DNA of 64,000 nucleotides from Syntrophothermus sp. DTU052 (GTDB lineage: Bacteria; Bacillota; Syntrophomonadia; Syntrophomonadales; DTU052): positions 45,765 to 109,764 of the forward strand of contig LFRU01000032.1 in NCBI GenBank assembly GCA_001512495.1, given 5' to 3'. Of the stretch, positions 48,436 through 57,010 are shown one piece after another (positions within the stretch are counted from its first letter, which is position 1; each line of letters begins with the position of its first letter). The position numbers and the translations under genes are program-made. The notes under the pieces were generated by a model. It did no database searches. It saw only the letters and a list, made by a program, of their open reading frames with translations, and had not been told where the DNA came from.

Positions 48436-49263
48436 TTATTTCTTAATGATATCTTCTCCAAACCACTTGATCGAGATTTGGGAAGCCGTCCCGTCAGCCT
48501 TCATAGCGTCGAGCGTTTTATTGAGTTCATCCAGAAAAGCCTGGTCGGATTTTCTGACGCCGACTCCAAATTCTTCTTCACCAAAATCCTCGGTCAGTAC
48601 TGTGTAAGTATCAGGTTTCTTGGAGATATAGTACAGTCCGACCACCTCGTCAACCACCACCGCATCCAAACGGCCGGTGCTCAAATCCAGGAGGGCTTCG
48701 TCATTACTGGAGAATTCCAGGATTTTTCCCAATGACTGGAAGGTCTCCGCATCTTTCTCAACCGCTTTCTTGGCACTGCTGCCTGCCTGTAGGCCTATGG
48801 TCTTTCCGGCCAAATCTTTCTTGCTGGTAATTTTCGAACCTTTCTGTACTACAATAATCTGGTGATCGGCGATGTAGGGCTCGGTAAAGTTGATCTGCTT
48901 CAATCTGTCCTCGGTTATGGTACATCCATTCCAGATAACATCAATATCACCTATGTTCAGGGTTTCGATTACCGTATCCCAGACAACAGGCTGGAACTTT
49001 ACTTCTACTCCCATTCTCTTGGCGGCTTCTTTGGCCAGATCGATATCAAAACCGACTATTTCATTGGTACCTTCCTCACGGAAACCCATGGGAGGAAATG
49101 CATCATCAAGACCGACCGTAAAGTACCCCTGTTCCTTAATTTTCGTCCAGGAATCGTCAACTTCACCGCTGTCTTGCGACCCGGTTCCACAGCCGGTCAA
49201 TAACAGCAATGTGGAGAAACATAACAGCACGATCAGAGCCAACTTCCTTTTCAAAATCTGCAA
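48436..49263 (-). CDS. Amino-acid ABC transporter substrate-binding lipoprotein (family 3 SBP)
   Basis: 275 aa. Lipobox LLLLTGC, and PBPb motifs (GLDDAFPPMGFRE, GFDIDLAKE). Confidence 0.93.
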   Translation of the reverse strand: MQILKRKLALIVLLCFSTLLLLTGCGTGSQDSGEVDDSWTKIKEQGYFTVGLDDAFPPMGFREEGTNEIVGFDIDLAKEAAKRMGVEVKFQPVVWDTVIETLNIGDIDVIWNGCTITEDRLKQINFTEPYIADHQIIVVQKGSKITSKKDLAGKTIGLQAGSSAKKAVEKDAETFQSLGKILEFSSNDEALLDLSTGRLDAVVVDEVVGLYYISKKPDTYTVLTEDFGEEEFGVGVRKSDQAFLDELNKTLDAMKADGTASQISIKWFGEDIIKK

Positions 49264-49713
49264 CCTCCTTATGAATTCAAACTTAACTATTACTTTACTG
49301 CATTAAACTATCCTAGTAAACAGATAATTATGGATACAACCAAAACCTATGAGACACATGACAAATGTGGTGTTTCAAACCGGCTCTGAAAGAGAAAACA
49401 ACAGCACTCAGGAGGGCGGCATGGTTGCGGGAGCTTGCCCACATAATTTTGTCAAGTACGCACCCGGTGATCTCCATTTCACAGGACATTCCTTTTATCG
49501 CCAACTATTGTAGTGAGGTCATGAAAGCGTTAAGCATGCTGTATATCTGCTTGTTGAAAAAGAAATGTAATTTAATGGAAGGATAATCAAGACGCAATTC
49601 GATTAATTTTGGAGGATAATGAAGGTTTTTATCGAAATAATTACACGAATGAGTGTCTGTCCGCTGTCAGAGTTGGCTCGCAGCAAAGAACTATCATAGA
49701 AAGGAGATTGGAA

Positions 49714-51405
49714 ATGGGAATCGCGGATCAGGAACTAATCAAAAGGAGACCCTGGGTCAAATTCTATGACGTTGACACGCCCGCAGAAATTCGTTACCCC
49801 AAGTTCGCGGTGCAGGATATGCTGCGGAACACAGCTACCATGTTTCCGGACAAAGTAGCTATCTGGTTTTACGGTAACGAAATTACTTTTTGGGAACTGT
49901 ATAATACAGTCAACCGCTTTGCTCAGGCCCTGCTTGCTTTGGGTGTGAAGAAGGGGGACCGGGTAGGCATAATGCTTCCCAACTCCCCGCAGTTTGTGAT
50001 TGCATTTCAAGCGGTATTAACCGTCGGCGGTATTGTAGTCAATATGAATCCCATGTATACGGTTGATGAGATGAAGTCGATCGCGGACACTACCGATCCC
50101 GTCATGATAATCGGGTATGACGGCATCATTGACAACCTGAAGGCCTTTTCCGAAATCAGGCCGACTACCCATGTGGTTGTGACCAGGCTGGCCGATTACA
50201 TTCCCGGAGCAGGTGTAAGTTCAGCCGCTGATCTGGGACTAAAACCGGAGTGGCACCACTTTGCGGATCTGCTCGCCAAAACAGAAAGCTGTATCCGGCC
50301 GCGCATCGATATTGACCCGGTAAAAGAACCGGCTGTTATCCAGTTTACCGGCGGGACTACAGGTTCCCCCAAAGGAGCAACCCTCTCGCACTACAACCTG
50401 GTAGCGGCCATTCACGCTACTTATTACTGGGGCAGAACCCTGATCGGAAGGATCCCCGAATCCCAGCGCAATGTGCTGTCCATTATCCCTTACTGTCATG
50501 TTTATGGTCAGGGAAACTGTATGGGTTACGGAATACTGGCGGCTGCTACCCAGATCATCCTGCCCCGTTTCGAAATCGATGAAGTAATGGATACCATTGC
50601 CAAATTCGACAAGATAGTTTACTTCCCGGCAGTTCCCACCATGCTCAATGCGATAGTAAATCATCCGCGGGCCGCTGAACTGGAAATTGGCCGCCGGATT
50701 ACCTTCGTTGGCAGTGGGGCTGCTCCCTGTCCCCCTGACCTTGTTAACAAACTCCTGGATATGAATGTTTACTATCAGGAAGGATACGGGATGAGTGAGA
50801 CCACAGCTCAAGCCACATCCGGACCACCTATGGCTCTGAAGAAATTTGGAAGTGTGGGAGTACCGTACCCGGATGTGGATCTGAAGATAATTAATCCCGA
50901 TACCGGTGAAGAGCTGCCGAGAGGCGAAGTCGGAGAGATAGTTATGACCTCGCCTTACGTCATGATGGGCTACTGGAACAACCCCGAGGAAACAGCGAAG
51001 CAGCTGAAAGACGGGTGGATATATACCGGTGACCTGGCCTATATGGACGAAGACGGGTTTGTTTTCCTGGTCGATCGCTCCAAGGATCTGGTCATTGCCG
51101 GTGGTTATAACATTTATCCAGTGGAGGTTGACGGTGTTATTGCCGGACATCCCAAGGTCTATGATGTTATGTGCGTGGGAATCCCCGATGAGTACCGAGG
51201 GGAGACCTTGAAGGCATTCATCGTACCGAAACCGGGTGAGACCATATCCGAGGAGGAGATCGTTGCCTACTGCAAGGAGAAGCTGGCTCCCTACAAGGTG
51301 CCAAAGCTGATCGAATTCCGGCCTGAGGTACCGCGTACTCCGACGGGCAAAGCCTTACGTCGGATTCTTCGCGACGAGGAATTGGCCAAAAAGGCACAGA
51401 AATAA
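49714..51405 (+). CDS. AMP-dependent acyl-CoA synthetase (long-chain-fatty-acid--CoA ligase-like)
   Basis: The ATG at 49714 follows AAAGGAG. AMP-binding motif FTGGTTGSPKGA, plus YGMSET, GWIYTGDL and PRTPTGKALRR. The ORF track starts 105 nt earlier. Confidence 0.92.
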   Translation: MGIADQELIKRRPWVKFYDVDTPAEIRYPKFAVQDMLRNTATMFPDKVAIWFYGNEITFWELYNTVNRFAQALLALGVKKGDRVGIMLPNSPQFVIAFQAVLTVGGIVVNMNPMYTVDEMKSIADTTDPVMIIGYDGIIDNLKAFSEIRPTTHVVVTRLADYIPGAGVSSAADLGLKPEWHHFADLLAKTESCIRPRIDIDPVKEPAVIQFTGGTTGSPKGATLSHYNLVAAIHATYYWGRTLIGRIPESQRNVLSIIPYCHVYGQGNCMGYGILAAATQIILPRFEIDEVMDTIAKFDKIVYFPAVPTMLNAIVNHPRAAELEIGRRITFVGSGAAPCPPDLVNKLLDMNVYYQEGYGMSETTAQATSGPPMALKKFGSVGVPYPDVDLKIINPDTGEELPRGEVGEIVMTSPYVMMGYWNNPEETAKQLKDGWIYTGDLAYMDEDGFVFLVDRSKDLVIAGGYNIYPVEVDGVIAGHPKVYDVMCVGIPDEYRGETLKAFIVPKPGETISEEEIVAYCKEKLAPYKVPKLIEFRPEVPRTPTGKALRRILRDEELAKKAQK

Positions 51406-51440
51406 TACCGTTCAAGATGTAACAGCATAGAGTAGTTATA

Positions 51441-51482
51441 AATCCCGCGTGGAGAGATTGATTGCCACGCGGGATTATTATG
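51441..51482 (+). terminator. Rho-independent terminator of the acyl-CoA synthetase gene
   Basis: 12-bp stem aatcccgcgtgg/ccacgcgggatt followed by an AT/T-rich tail. Confidence 0.6.
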
Positions 51483-51680
51483 TTTAATGTTTGGCAAAGG
51501 AGCCGCATTATCACCCGCGAATATCGTGGCCTGCGGCCGGGCTCATCAAACCGGAAGCAGTACTTCAGCCAACCGTATCAGAGCCCGGTTAAACCTCCCC
51601 CTTATATTGAACGCTTTCAACAAGCGGTAAGGTTTGTATAATGTGGAGTTGATGATTACAACCGAAAGCGCAGTGGGTCT

Positions 51681-52247
51681 TCAGGCAGCATGGTATTCTA
51701 CGGCCAGCCGAGGCCACAAAGTCGAATCTTCATGATCCCGACTGTAAAATCCAAGTATTCCGTCTCTGTCTTCAGGACCTTTTAAGACCAACCCCAGGTT
51801 TATAAAGGAGCCATCGTACCATCCCCGGGCCAGTGCGGTTACATCCAGCAGTATTAATCCCAGGTAACCGGGTTGAATGGTAATGGTGTCGGCAGGAGTA
51901 TTAGTGTATAACGGCTGTTTATTCCAGTTAACCGTATACTCATGCCAGTGTTGTTTGATCATGTAAGCACTCAAGGTTGTTGCTTCGCGGGTTTCATTAC
52001 GAATCAGATGAAGCAGTAATTTTGCCGATACGATATCGCTGCCCGGTGGTATGTAGTTCCCCCCCAGACAACTGAAATCGAATTGGATGAGGCTCCGATA
52101 TATATCCCCGGGTCCTTGAAACCGGTTACAGAACAGGTGGGACGACCCGCCGTAGTTCTTGCCGGCGCTGTACTCGGCTACATAACTGTCCTTGCACGGG
52201 GGGAAGAAGATTTTTGCCGGGTGTCTGCTGTTCCCTTGGATATTCAA
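51681..52247 (-). CDS. DNRLRE-domain protein without signal peptide
   Basis: 188 aa. KDSYVAEYSAGKNYGGSSHLF...RSLIQFDFS...IVSAKLLLHL...WHEYTVNWNKQP...DVTALARGW fits the DNRLRE (CBM96-like) domain pattern. TTG start 11 nt after AAAGGAGG. The in-frame upstream region is open but has no canonical start codon. Confidence 0.65.
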   Translation of the reverse strand: MNIQGNSRHPAKIFFPPCKDSYVAEYSAGKNYGGSSHLFCNRFQGPGDIYRSLIQFDFSCLGGNYIPPGSDIVSAKLLLHLIRNETREATTLSAYMIKQHWHEYTVNWNKQPLYTNTPADTITIQPGYLGLILLDVTALARGWYDGSFINLGLVLKGPEDRDGILGFYSRDHEDSTLWPRLAVEYHAA

Positions 52248-52503
52248 TAGAGAATCAGCCTCCTTTGGGAATGTTACCGCTTGGGCGGAGTAACTTGACC
52301 AGAATGAGATTGAGAAATCAACAGGCTGTGGCGCCGGCCAATTGATATTGAAACTGAAAGCGTGAGGTGAAACCTGATCATTACAACCTGCGGATTAAAG
52401 CGAGACGAGCCTATGGGTTAAGGTTTGGTACCGGTGCCGTGGCGCCGCTTGCTGCCGCCCCGGGAAGCATTGAGAAAGTCGCTGTTGATAGCCGTTTTTA
52501 TGG

Positions 52504-52530
52504 AAAAAACCGGTATGACACCGGTTTTTT
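52504..52530. terminator. Bidirectional Rho-independent terminator
   Basis: aaaaaaccggt atgac accggtttttt. It lies 22 nt downstream of the minus-strand gene ending at 52552. Confidence 0.65.
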
Positions 52531-52551
52531 CGCGGGATAGGGTATTTCCAT

Positions 52552-52830
52552 CTAGGTAAAGGTGCGCGCGATGATGGTAATCTGATTGATGGGAATATAG
52601 TTGATCTGAGCTCCCACAACAGTGATGAAGCTGGGATTGATGTCGGTCAGGATTCCCTCTACCGCCGCCACATCGCCTTCAGTCAGTACTCTGACTCTCT
52701 GCTGCCAGAGGCTGAACAGCAGGGTAAAAAAACTCGTTCCGGCTATTCCGCCCAATCTGCCGAATCCGCAGTCATTGAAGTCAAGCTTGCGATCAAACCG
52801 GCCTCCAACCAAGCCACCATTGATGCTCAT
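52552..52830 (-). CDS. Small hypothetical protein, DUF2642-like (Sm-like beta-rich C-terminal half)
   Basis: The ATG at 52830 follows GAAGGAGGG, giving 92 aa. The C-terminal half VRVLTEGDVAAVEGILTDINPSFITVVGAQINYIPINQITII resembles the DUF2642 pattern known from Bacillus small proteins. This assignment is from memory only. Confidence 0.55.
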   Translation of the reverse strand: MSINGGLVGGRFDRKLDFNDCGFGRLGGIAGTSFFTLLFSLWQQRVRVLTEGDVAAVEGILTDINPSFITVVGAQINYIPINQITIIARTFT

Positions 52831-52917
52831 GATATCCCTCCTTCTCGTCAAATCAGTAGTCAAAGGGCCCTAGACTTGGTTTAGTTTATTCGGAGGGAAT
52901 TCCAAATGTTCCATTAT

Positions 52918-53121
52918 TTACCTACCAGCGTTTTTCTGCTTGCTTTTATTGCTTGAACCCTTTTGCGAGCTGCTCTTGCTGAGCGTAAAACGGGCTGTGG
53001 ATTGGGTGTTCTGAATGGAACCTTTATTGCCGCATGGGCAGGCTAACGTCATTTTAACTGGTGGCTTTTTGATCACGGCTCCCAAAAACTTGCCGCATTT
53101 TGAACAGGTTATTCTGTACAC
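52918..53121 (-). CDS. Small zinc-ribbon protein with Ser/Lys-rich tail
   Basis: GTG start 8 nt after AGGAGG, giving 67 aa. CSKCGK...ACPCGN (CxxC...CxC) is followed by a low-complexity basic tail. Confidence 0.55.
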   Translation of the reverse strand: MYRITCSKCGKFLGAVIKKPPVKMTLACPCGNKGSIQNTQSTARFTLSKSSSQKGSSNKSKQKNAGR

Positions 53122-53685
53122 CTGGCTCTCCTCCTTTCTGAAATTGGCTTACATAATAGAAAGAAGCTTTAATGAAAAAATATGGGAAACCGCAATAGAT
53201 TGTGCGTTGGGGAAACTAGGAAGACAAAAAACAACGGGCAATAAAAAAGCCCGGTGACCGGGGTGTTAGCTTAAGGGGTTGTGGTGGTGGAGGATTTAAT
53301 TAACCTTGCACAGGAAGAACCAGAGTCCTCTTTGGAAGAAACTAACCTTACTCAAGGAGTAACCACTCTATCAGGCAGGTAATAACCTCTCTAAGGGATA
53401 CGCTTCTCAGGGAAGGAAACCAACCTCCACCACCTATTTCAGTATATGCAGAAGGAAACCAGATTACTATTGGGAACTTTTTCTGAAATAACGCGAGTCT
53501 TAGTAGTTTATTAAGATTGTCTAAAGAAAGACTGCCGAAATAACATCTCCTGAGTAAGATTGGTATCATTAAGAGAGGAAAGAAGAATGATGGCATTAAA
53601 ACCATGGTTGTCAAGAAAGAGTGTGATTGAGCGTAGGGCGGCTGGATACCTGGATACATTTCATTAACTTGGCAATTTAATTTGG

Positions 53686-54396
53686 TTGGTGGCGATTATG
53701 GTGATGAGAATTTCCTCCAGGTTAATGAGCATTGCTGATCTGGTGATTGCCGGTGAGCCGGTAGCGGACATCGGTTCCGATCATGCCCTGCTCGCCTGTT
53801 ATCTGGTAGATGAAGGCCGCTGTCCCCGGGCAATCTGTGGCGAACTGGGAGAAGGACCGTATCGCCGGACCTTTGAGGCCGTTTGTAAGTATGGTCTGGA
53901 CCATCTGATCGAGGTGCGGCAGGGTAATGGATTGGAGGTACTGGCAGTGGGAGAAGTGGCGACGGTTGTTTTGGCGGGGATGGGGGGTAATACCATAGTC
54001 AGTATTCTAAATGCGTCACCTCCCAAAACCCAAAGCTTTAATCGCCTGGTTTTACAGCCGATGAATGCCCTGGTAGAGGTACGCCGTCTGGCAAGCTCTA
54101 AGGGGTGGAGTATTGAGAAAGAGACGGTAGTTAAGGATGGAGATTACTATGTCAACCTGGTTTTGAATCCCCGGTGCCGGCAGGATAACAAGCTATCCGA
54201 AACCGAGTTGAGATGGGGCCCACTTCTCATGCAGGACGCCCAAAAAGAACCGGTGGTTAGGGACTATTATCGCTTCCAGTTGGACAAATTGGAACGGATA
54301 ATTGCGGGGATTCCGAAGCACAGTACAGGGCGTTCTCTGAGGCGGAAGCAGGAATATGAGAAGAGAAAAAAAGAATTGGAGGAGGTATTGAAGTGA
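53686..54396 (+). CDS. trmK: tRNA (adenine22-N1)-methyltransferase TrmK
   Basis: 236 aa. RLMSIADLV...VADIGSDHALLACYLV...AGMGG is typical of YqfN/TrmK, and it is followed by yqfO. The start may be a few codons downstream. Confidence 0.88.
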   Translation: MVAIMVMRISSRLMSIADLVIAGEPVADIGSDHALLACYLVDEGRCPRAICGELGEGPYRRTFEAVCKYGLDHLIEVRQGNGLEVLAVGEVATVVLAGMGGNTIVSILNASPPKTQSFNRLVLQPMNALVEVRRLASSKGWSIEKETVVKDGDYYVNLVLNPRCRQDNKLSETELRWGPLLMQDAQKEPVVRDYYRFQLDKLERIIAGIPKHSTGRSLRRKQEYEKRKKELEEVLK

Positions 54397-55508
54397 AAGT
54401 CAAGAATGGAATGGTTTTTGACCGGCTGGAGGTTCTGGCGCCGCCGTATCTCGCCGAAACCTGGGACAATACCGGCTTACAGCTCGGCGCTAAAGATCAG
54501 ACGGTGGAAGCGGTACTGATAACCCTGGATGTAGATGACAGGGCTGTGGATATGGCTTTAGAGGTGGGGGCTAACCTCATAATCAGCCACCATCCGCTTT
54601 TCTTTAATGGGGTCAAGACAATTGACTACGAGTCGCTACCGGGCCGGTTGATAAAACGGCTAATCAAACATGATATCACTGTTTATTCAGCCCATACCAA
54701 CCTGGATCTGGCTCCCCGCGGATTAAGTCAGTACCTGGCACTGGAACTGGGACTAAGTAACATAAAACCGCTGGGAACAGTCAAGTCACAGCAATTAATG
54801 AAGCTGGTGGTTTTTGTGCCGGAAACCCATTTAGATAAAGTGCGTCAAGCCGTAAATGATGCGGGGGCGGGTTTCATCGGCAACTACCGGGATTGTAGTT
54901 TTCGCTCTCCAGGTGTGGGCACCTTCAGGCCCCTGGAAGGCAGCCAGCCTTTTTTGGGCAGTACGGGGATTTTGGAGGAAGTAGCTGAATACCGCCTCGA
55001 GGTTATTGTGCCCGCGGAGATTCTGAGCCGGGTGGTGCAGTCCATGATTGGCGCCCATCCCTATGAAGAGGTGGCTTATGACCTGATACCTCTCAATAAC
55101 AGCGGCGAAACATACAGCTACGGCAGACAGGGAGATCTGCCGGAGGCGCTGACTCTGGAGGAACTGGCTGGGAGGGTAAAAAACCTGTTAGGGGTAGAGT
55201 ACGTAGCAGTGAGCAGTCCGGAGCTGAGTCGGGTGAAGAAAATCTGTTTGGTTCCGGGTTCGGGAGCGTCAATGATTAAAACGGCTCTGCAAGCAGGCTG
55301 TCAGGTTATGATAACCGGCGATATAAAATATCATGAAGCCAGGGAAGCCTTGGAATCCGGTCTGGCTCTTATTGATCCCGGACATGACGGCATGGAGCTG
55401 TTGGTAGTAGATATGCTAACATCTTTCCTGGAGGAGATAGCGCGAAACGAGAATTGGGATGTTAAAATTCACGGACTTAAAGAGGAGTATTTGTGGCGAA
55501 AACTATAA
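54393..55508 (+). CDS. NIF3-family protein (YqfO; GTP cyclohydrolase 1 type 2 homologue)
   Basis: 371 aa. WDNTGLQLG, ISHHPLFF, YSAHTNLD, a PII-like insert, and C-terminal ITGDIKYHEA. Confidence 0.9.
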   Translation: MKVKNGMVFDRLEVLAPPYLAETWDNTGLQLGAKDQTVEAVLITLDVDDRAVDMALEVGANLIISHHPLFFNGVKTIDYESLPGRLIKRLIKHDITVYSAHTNLDLAPRGLSQYLALELGLSNIKPLGTVKSQQLMKLVVFVPETHLDKVRQAVNDAGAGFIGNYRDCSFRSPGVGTFRPLEGSQPFLGSTGILEEVAEYRLEVIVPAEILSRVVQSMIGAHPYEEVAYDLIPLNNSGETYSYGRQGDLPEALTLEELAGRVKNLLGVEYVAVSSPELSRVKKICLVPGSGASMIKTALQAGCQVMITGDIKYHEAREALESGLALIDPGHDGMELLVVDMLTSFLEEIARNENWDVKIHGLKEEYLWRKL

Positions 55509-55528
55509 GGGGACAGGAGAGATAACTA

Positions 55529-55660
55529 ATGGTGGTGACTACCGAAACTACACTACTAGTATTACTGGCAGCGTTTTTGCTCTTTATTAGCGCCATTACG
55601 CTGGGGCTTAGAGGAGCAAAAAACAAGAAAGATGACGATGATTGGGATCGCCGCATCTGA
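55529..55660 (+). CDS. Possible small membrane protein (43 aa), below the ORF-track cutoff
   Basis: GGAGAG followed by 7 nt and ATG. The product MVVTTETTLLVLLAAFLLFISAITLGLRGAKNKKDDDDWDRRI has one TM helix and a charged tail. It starts 21 nt after the yqfO stop. Confidence 0.35.
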   Translation: MVVTTETTLLVLLAAFLLFISAITLGLRGAKNKKDDDDWDRRI

Positions 55661-55914
55661 AGCTGCAATTTAAGAAATGTTGCCTGGACAGGGCACAAAA
55701 AGAGGAAAGAATCCTGCCGGCATCAGATATGAATTATCAGGCTTTTTTGTGAACGAATTCTTATAGATCCCGAAAAATGGGCAAAAAATTAGATCAGAGA
55801 AGCATGGTTTGCGAAAAAATGGTTATCTTAATAAAAAAATATTAGAAAAAAGAAGGATTTCCCAAGTTCTTGAGGAACTTGATCAGGGAAAAAATCCGTA
55901 AGGGAGGTCGCGTG

Positions 55915-56235
55915 GTGAACAAAACGGGACTGGTAAAATCTTTGGCGGAAAAGGCAGGCGTAACCCAAAAAGATGCAGCCAAGATTCTTGATTCTGTGCT
56001 GGACTCGATTCAAACTGCATTAGCGCAGGGAGAAAAGGTCCAAATCATCGGGTTTGGTACATTTGAAGTCAGAGAACGCAAAGCCAGAAACGTCATTAGC
56101 CCGGCAACAGGAAAAGAAATCAGGGTTCCAGCTACCAAGGTTCCAGCATTCAAACCGGGCAAATCATTGCGGGAAGCGGTTGCCATTAAAGCACCCGAAA
56201 AGAAAAAGGGAGCTGCCAAGGCTAAGAAAAAGTAG
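55915..56235 (+). CDS. hup: DNA-binding protein HU with short Lys-rich C-terminal tail
   Basis: GTG start 7 nt after GGGAGG. MNKTGLVKSLAEKAGVTQKDAAKILDSVLDSIQTAL...FGTFEVRERKAR...PAFKPGKSLREAV is followed by IKAPEKKKGAAKAKKK. Confidence 0.92.
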   Translation: MNKTGLVKSLAEKAGVTQKDAAKILDSVLDSIQTALAQGEKVQIIGFGTFEVRERKARNVISPATGKEIRVPATKVPAFKPGKSLREAVAIKAPEKKKGAAKAKKK

Positions 56236-56274
56236 CCGTTTCCTTTAGTCCGGATATGATATCTCAAAAACAAA

Positions 56275-56313
56275 AAGAACAGCGAATGTCGTAAGACGTT
56301 TGCTGTTCTTTTC
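56275..56313 (+). terminator. Rho-independent terminator of the HU gene
   Basis: Stem aagaacagc(gaatg)/(cgtt)gctgttctt running into a T-run (56309-56312). Confidence 0.7.
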
Positions 56314-56322
56314 ATTAATGGA

Positions 56323-56719
56323 CGCGAGCAAATCTGTAAGCGGAGTTCTGTTAAAGATAGTCATCTATCTGGGATGGCAGTTGCCTGCCACCTCTAGCGA
56401 CCCAACCCGGGAGCGGAGTGGGCAACTCCAATGCTCCCCTATTTGGTCTTGCTCCGGGTGGGGTTTACCTAGCCGACCAGTCGCCTGACCGCTGGTGAGC
56501 TCTTACCTCACCGTTCCACCCTTACCGAAAGTGGGAAACTGTATTTAGAAATCGCCATGATTAAACTAACTTCATAATGCAGGTTCCCACTTTCGGCGGT
56601 TTGTTTCTGTGGCACTATCCTTGAGGTTGCCCTCACTGGGTGTTACCCAGCACCCTGCCCTGTGGAGCTCCGACTTTCCTCAGGTCAATTTTGACCCGCG
56701 ACTATCCGATTTACTCGCG
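56323..56719 (-). ncRNA. rnpB: RNase P RNA, bacterial class A
   Basis: The minus strand reads CGCGAGTAAATC...GAGGAAAGTCGGAGCTCCACAGGGCAGGGTGCTGGGTAACACCCAGTGAGGGCAACC...ACAGAAA...GGTAAGGGTGGAACGGTGAGGTAAGAGCTCACC...AAACCCCACCCGGAGCAAGACCAAATAGGGG...ACAGAACTCCGCTTACAGATTTGCTCGCG. All universal RNase P blocks and the P1 pairing are present. Confidence 0.95.
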
Positions 56720-57010
56720 CCACGTATTATACAACTATTATTTGTGCATGACAAGTTGAAATATGACACAGAATTGGAATAACTAGTGGCGAAAAGACGT
56801 CAAGTTGCTCCGAAAGAACAAGCTGAACCATGAAAACCGCAGGCCCATTGAGAACAAAGCTTTCAAACCCTGGTAGAATTTATGCTTTTGGTTTGCAGGA
56901 AAAAGCGAATTGGGAGAGAATATTAACAAGGAATTGAATGGTCGTCTTATGTCAGGATACGTATTGCACACTGATCCGGCTAGATGTGGCGGTTGCGAGG
57001 AGGTGAAATC

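Noticed and set aside
53348-53659. 103-aa minus-strand ORF in the spacer upstream of trmK.
   Set aside because: Implausible Leu/Phe/Ser/Pro-dominated composition, no RBS and no motif. The region is treated as non-coding (see the sRNA candidate).
45139-53685. Genomic island integrated at the tRNA cluster.
   Set aside because: No integrase, recombinase or transposase gene, and no direct repeat of a tRNA 3' end that I could find by eye. The cargo is ordinary metabolism and transport.
56010-56488. ORFs 56010-56315 (-), 56054-56248 (+) and 56300-56488 (+) around the HU gene and rnpB.
   Set aside because: They overlap the HU coding sequence or terminator, or lie inside the RNase P RNA, and the rnpB identification explains the sequence.
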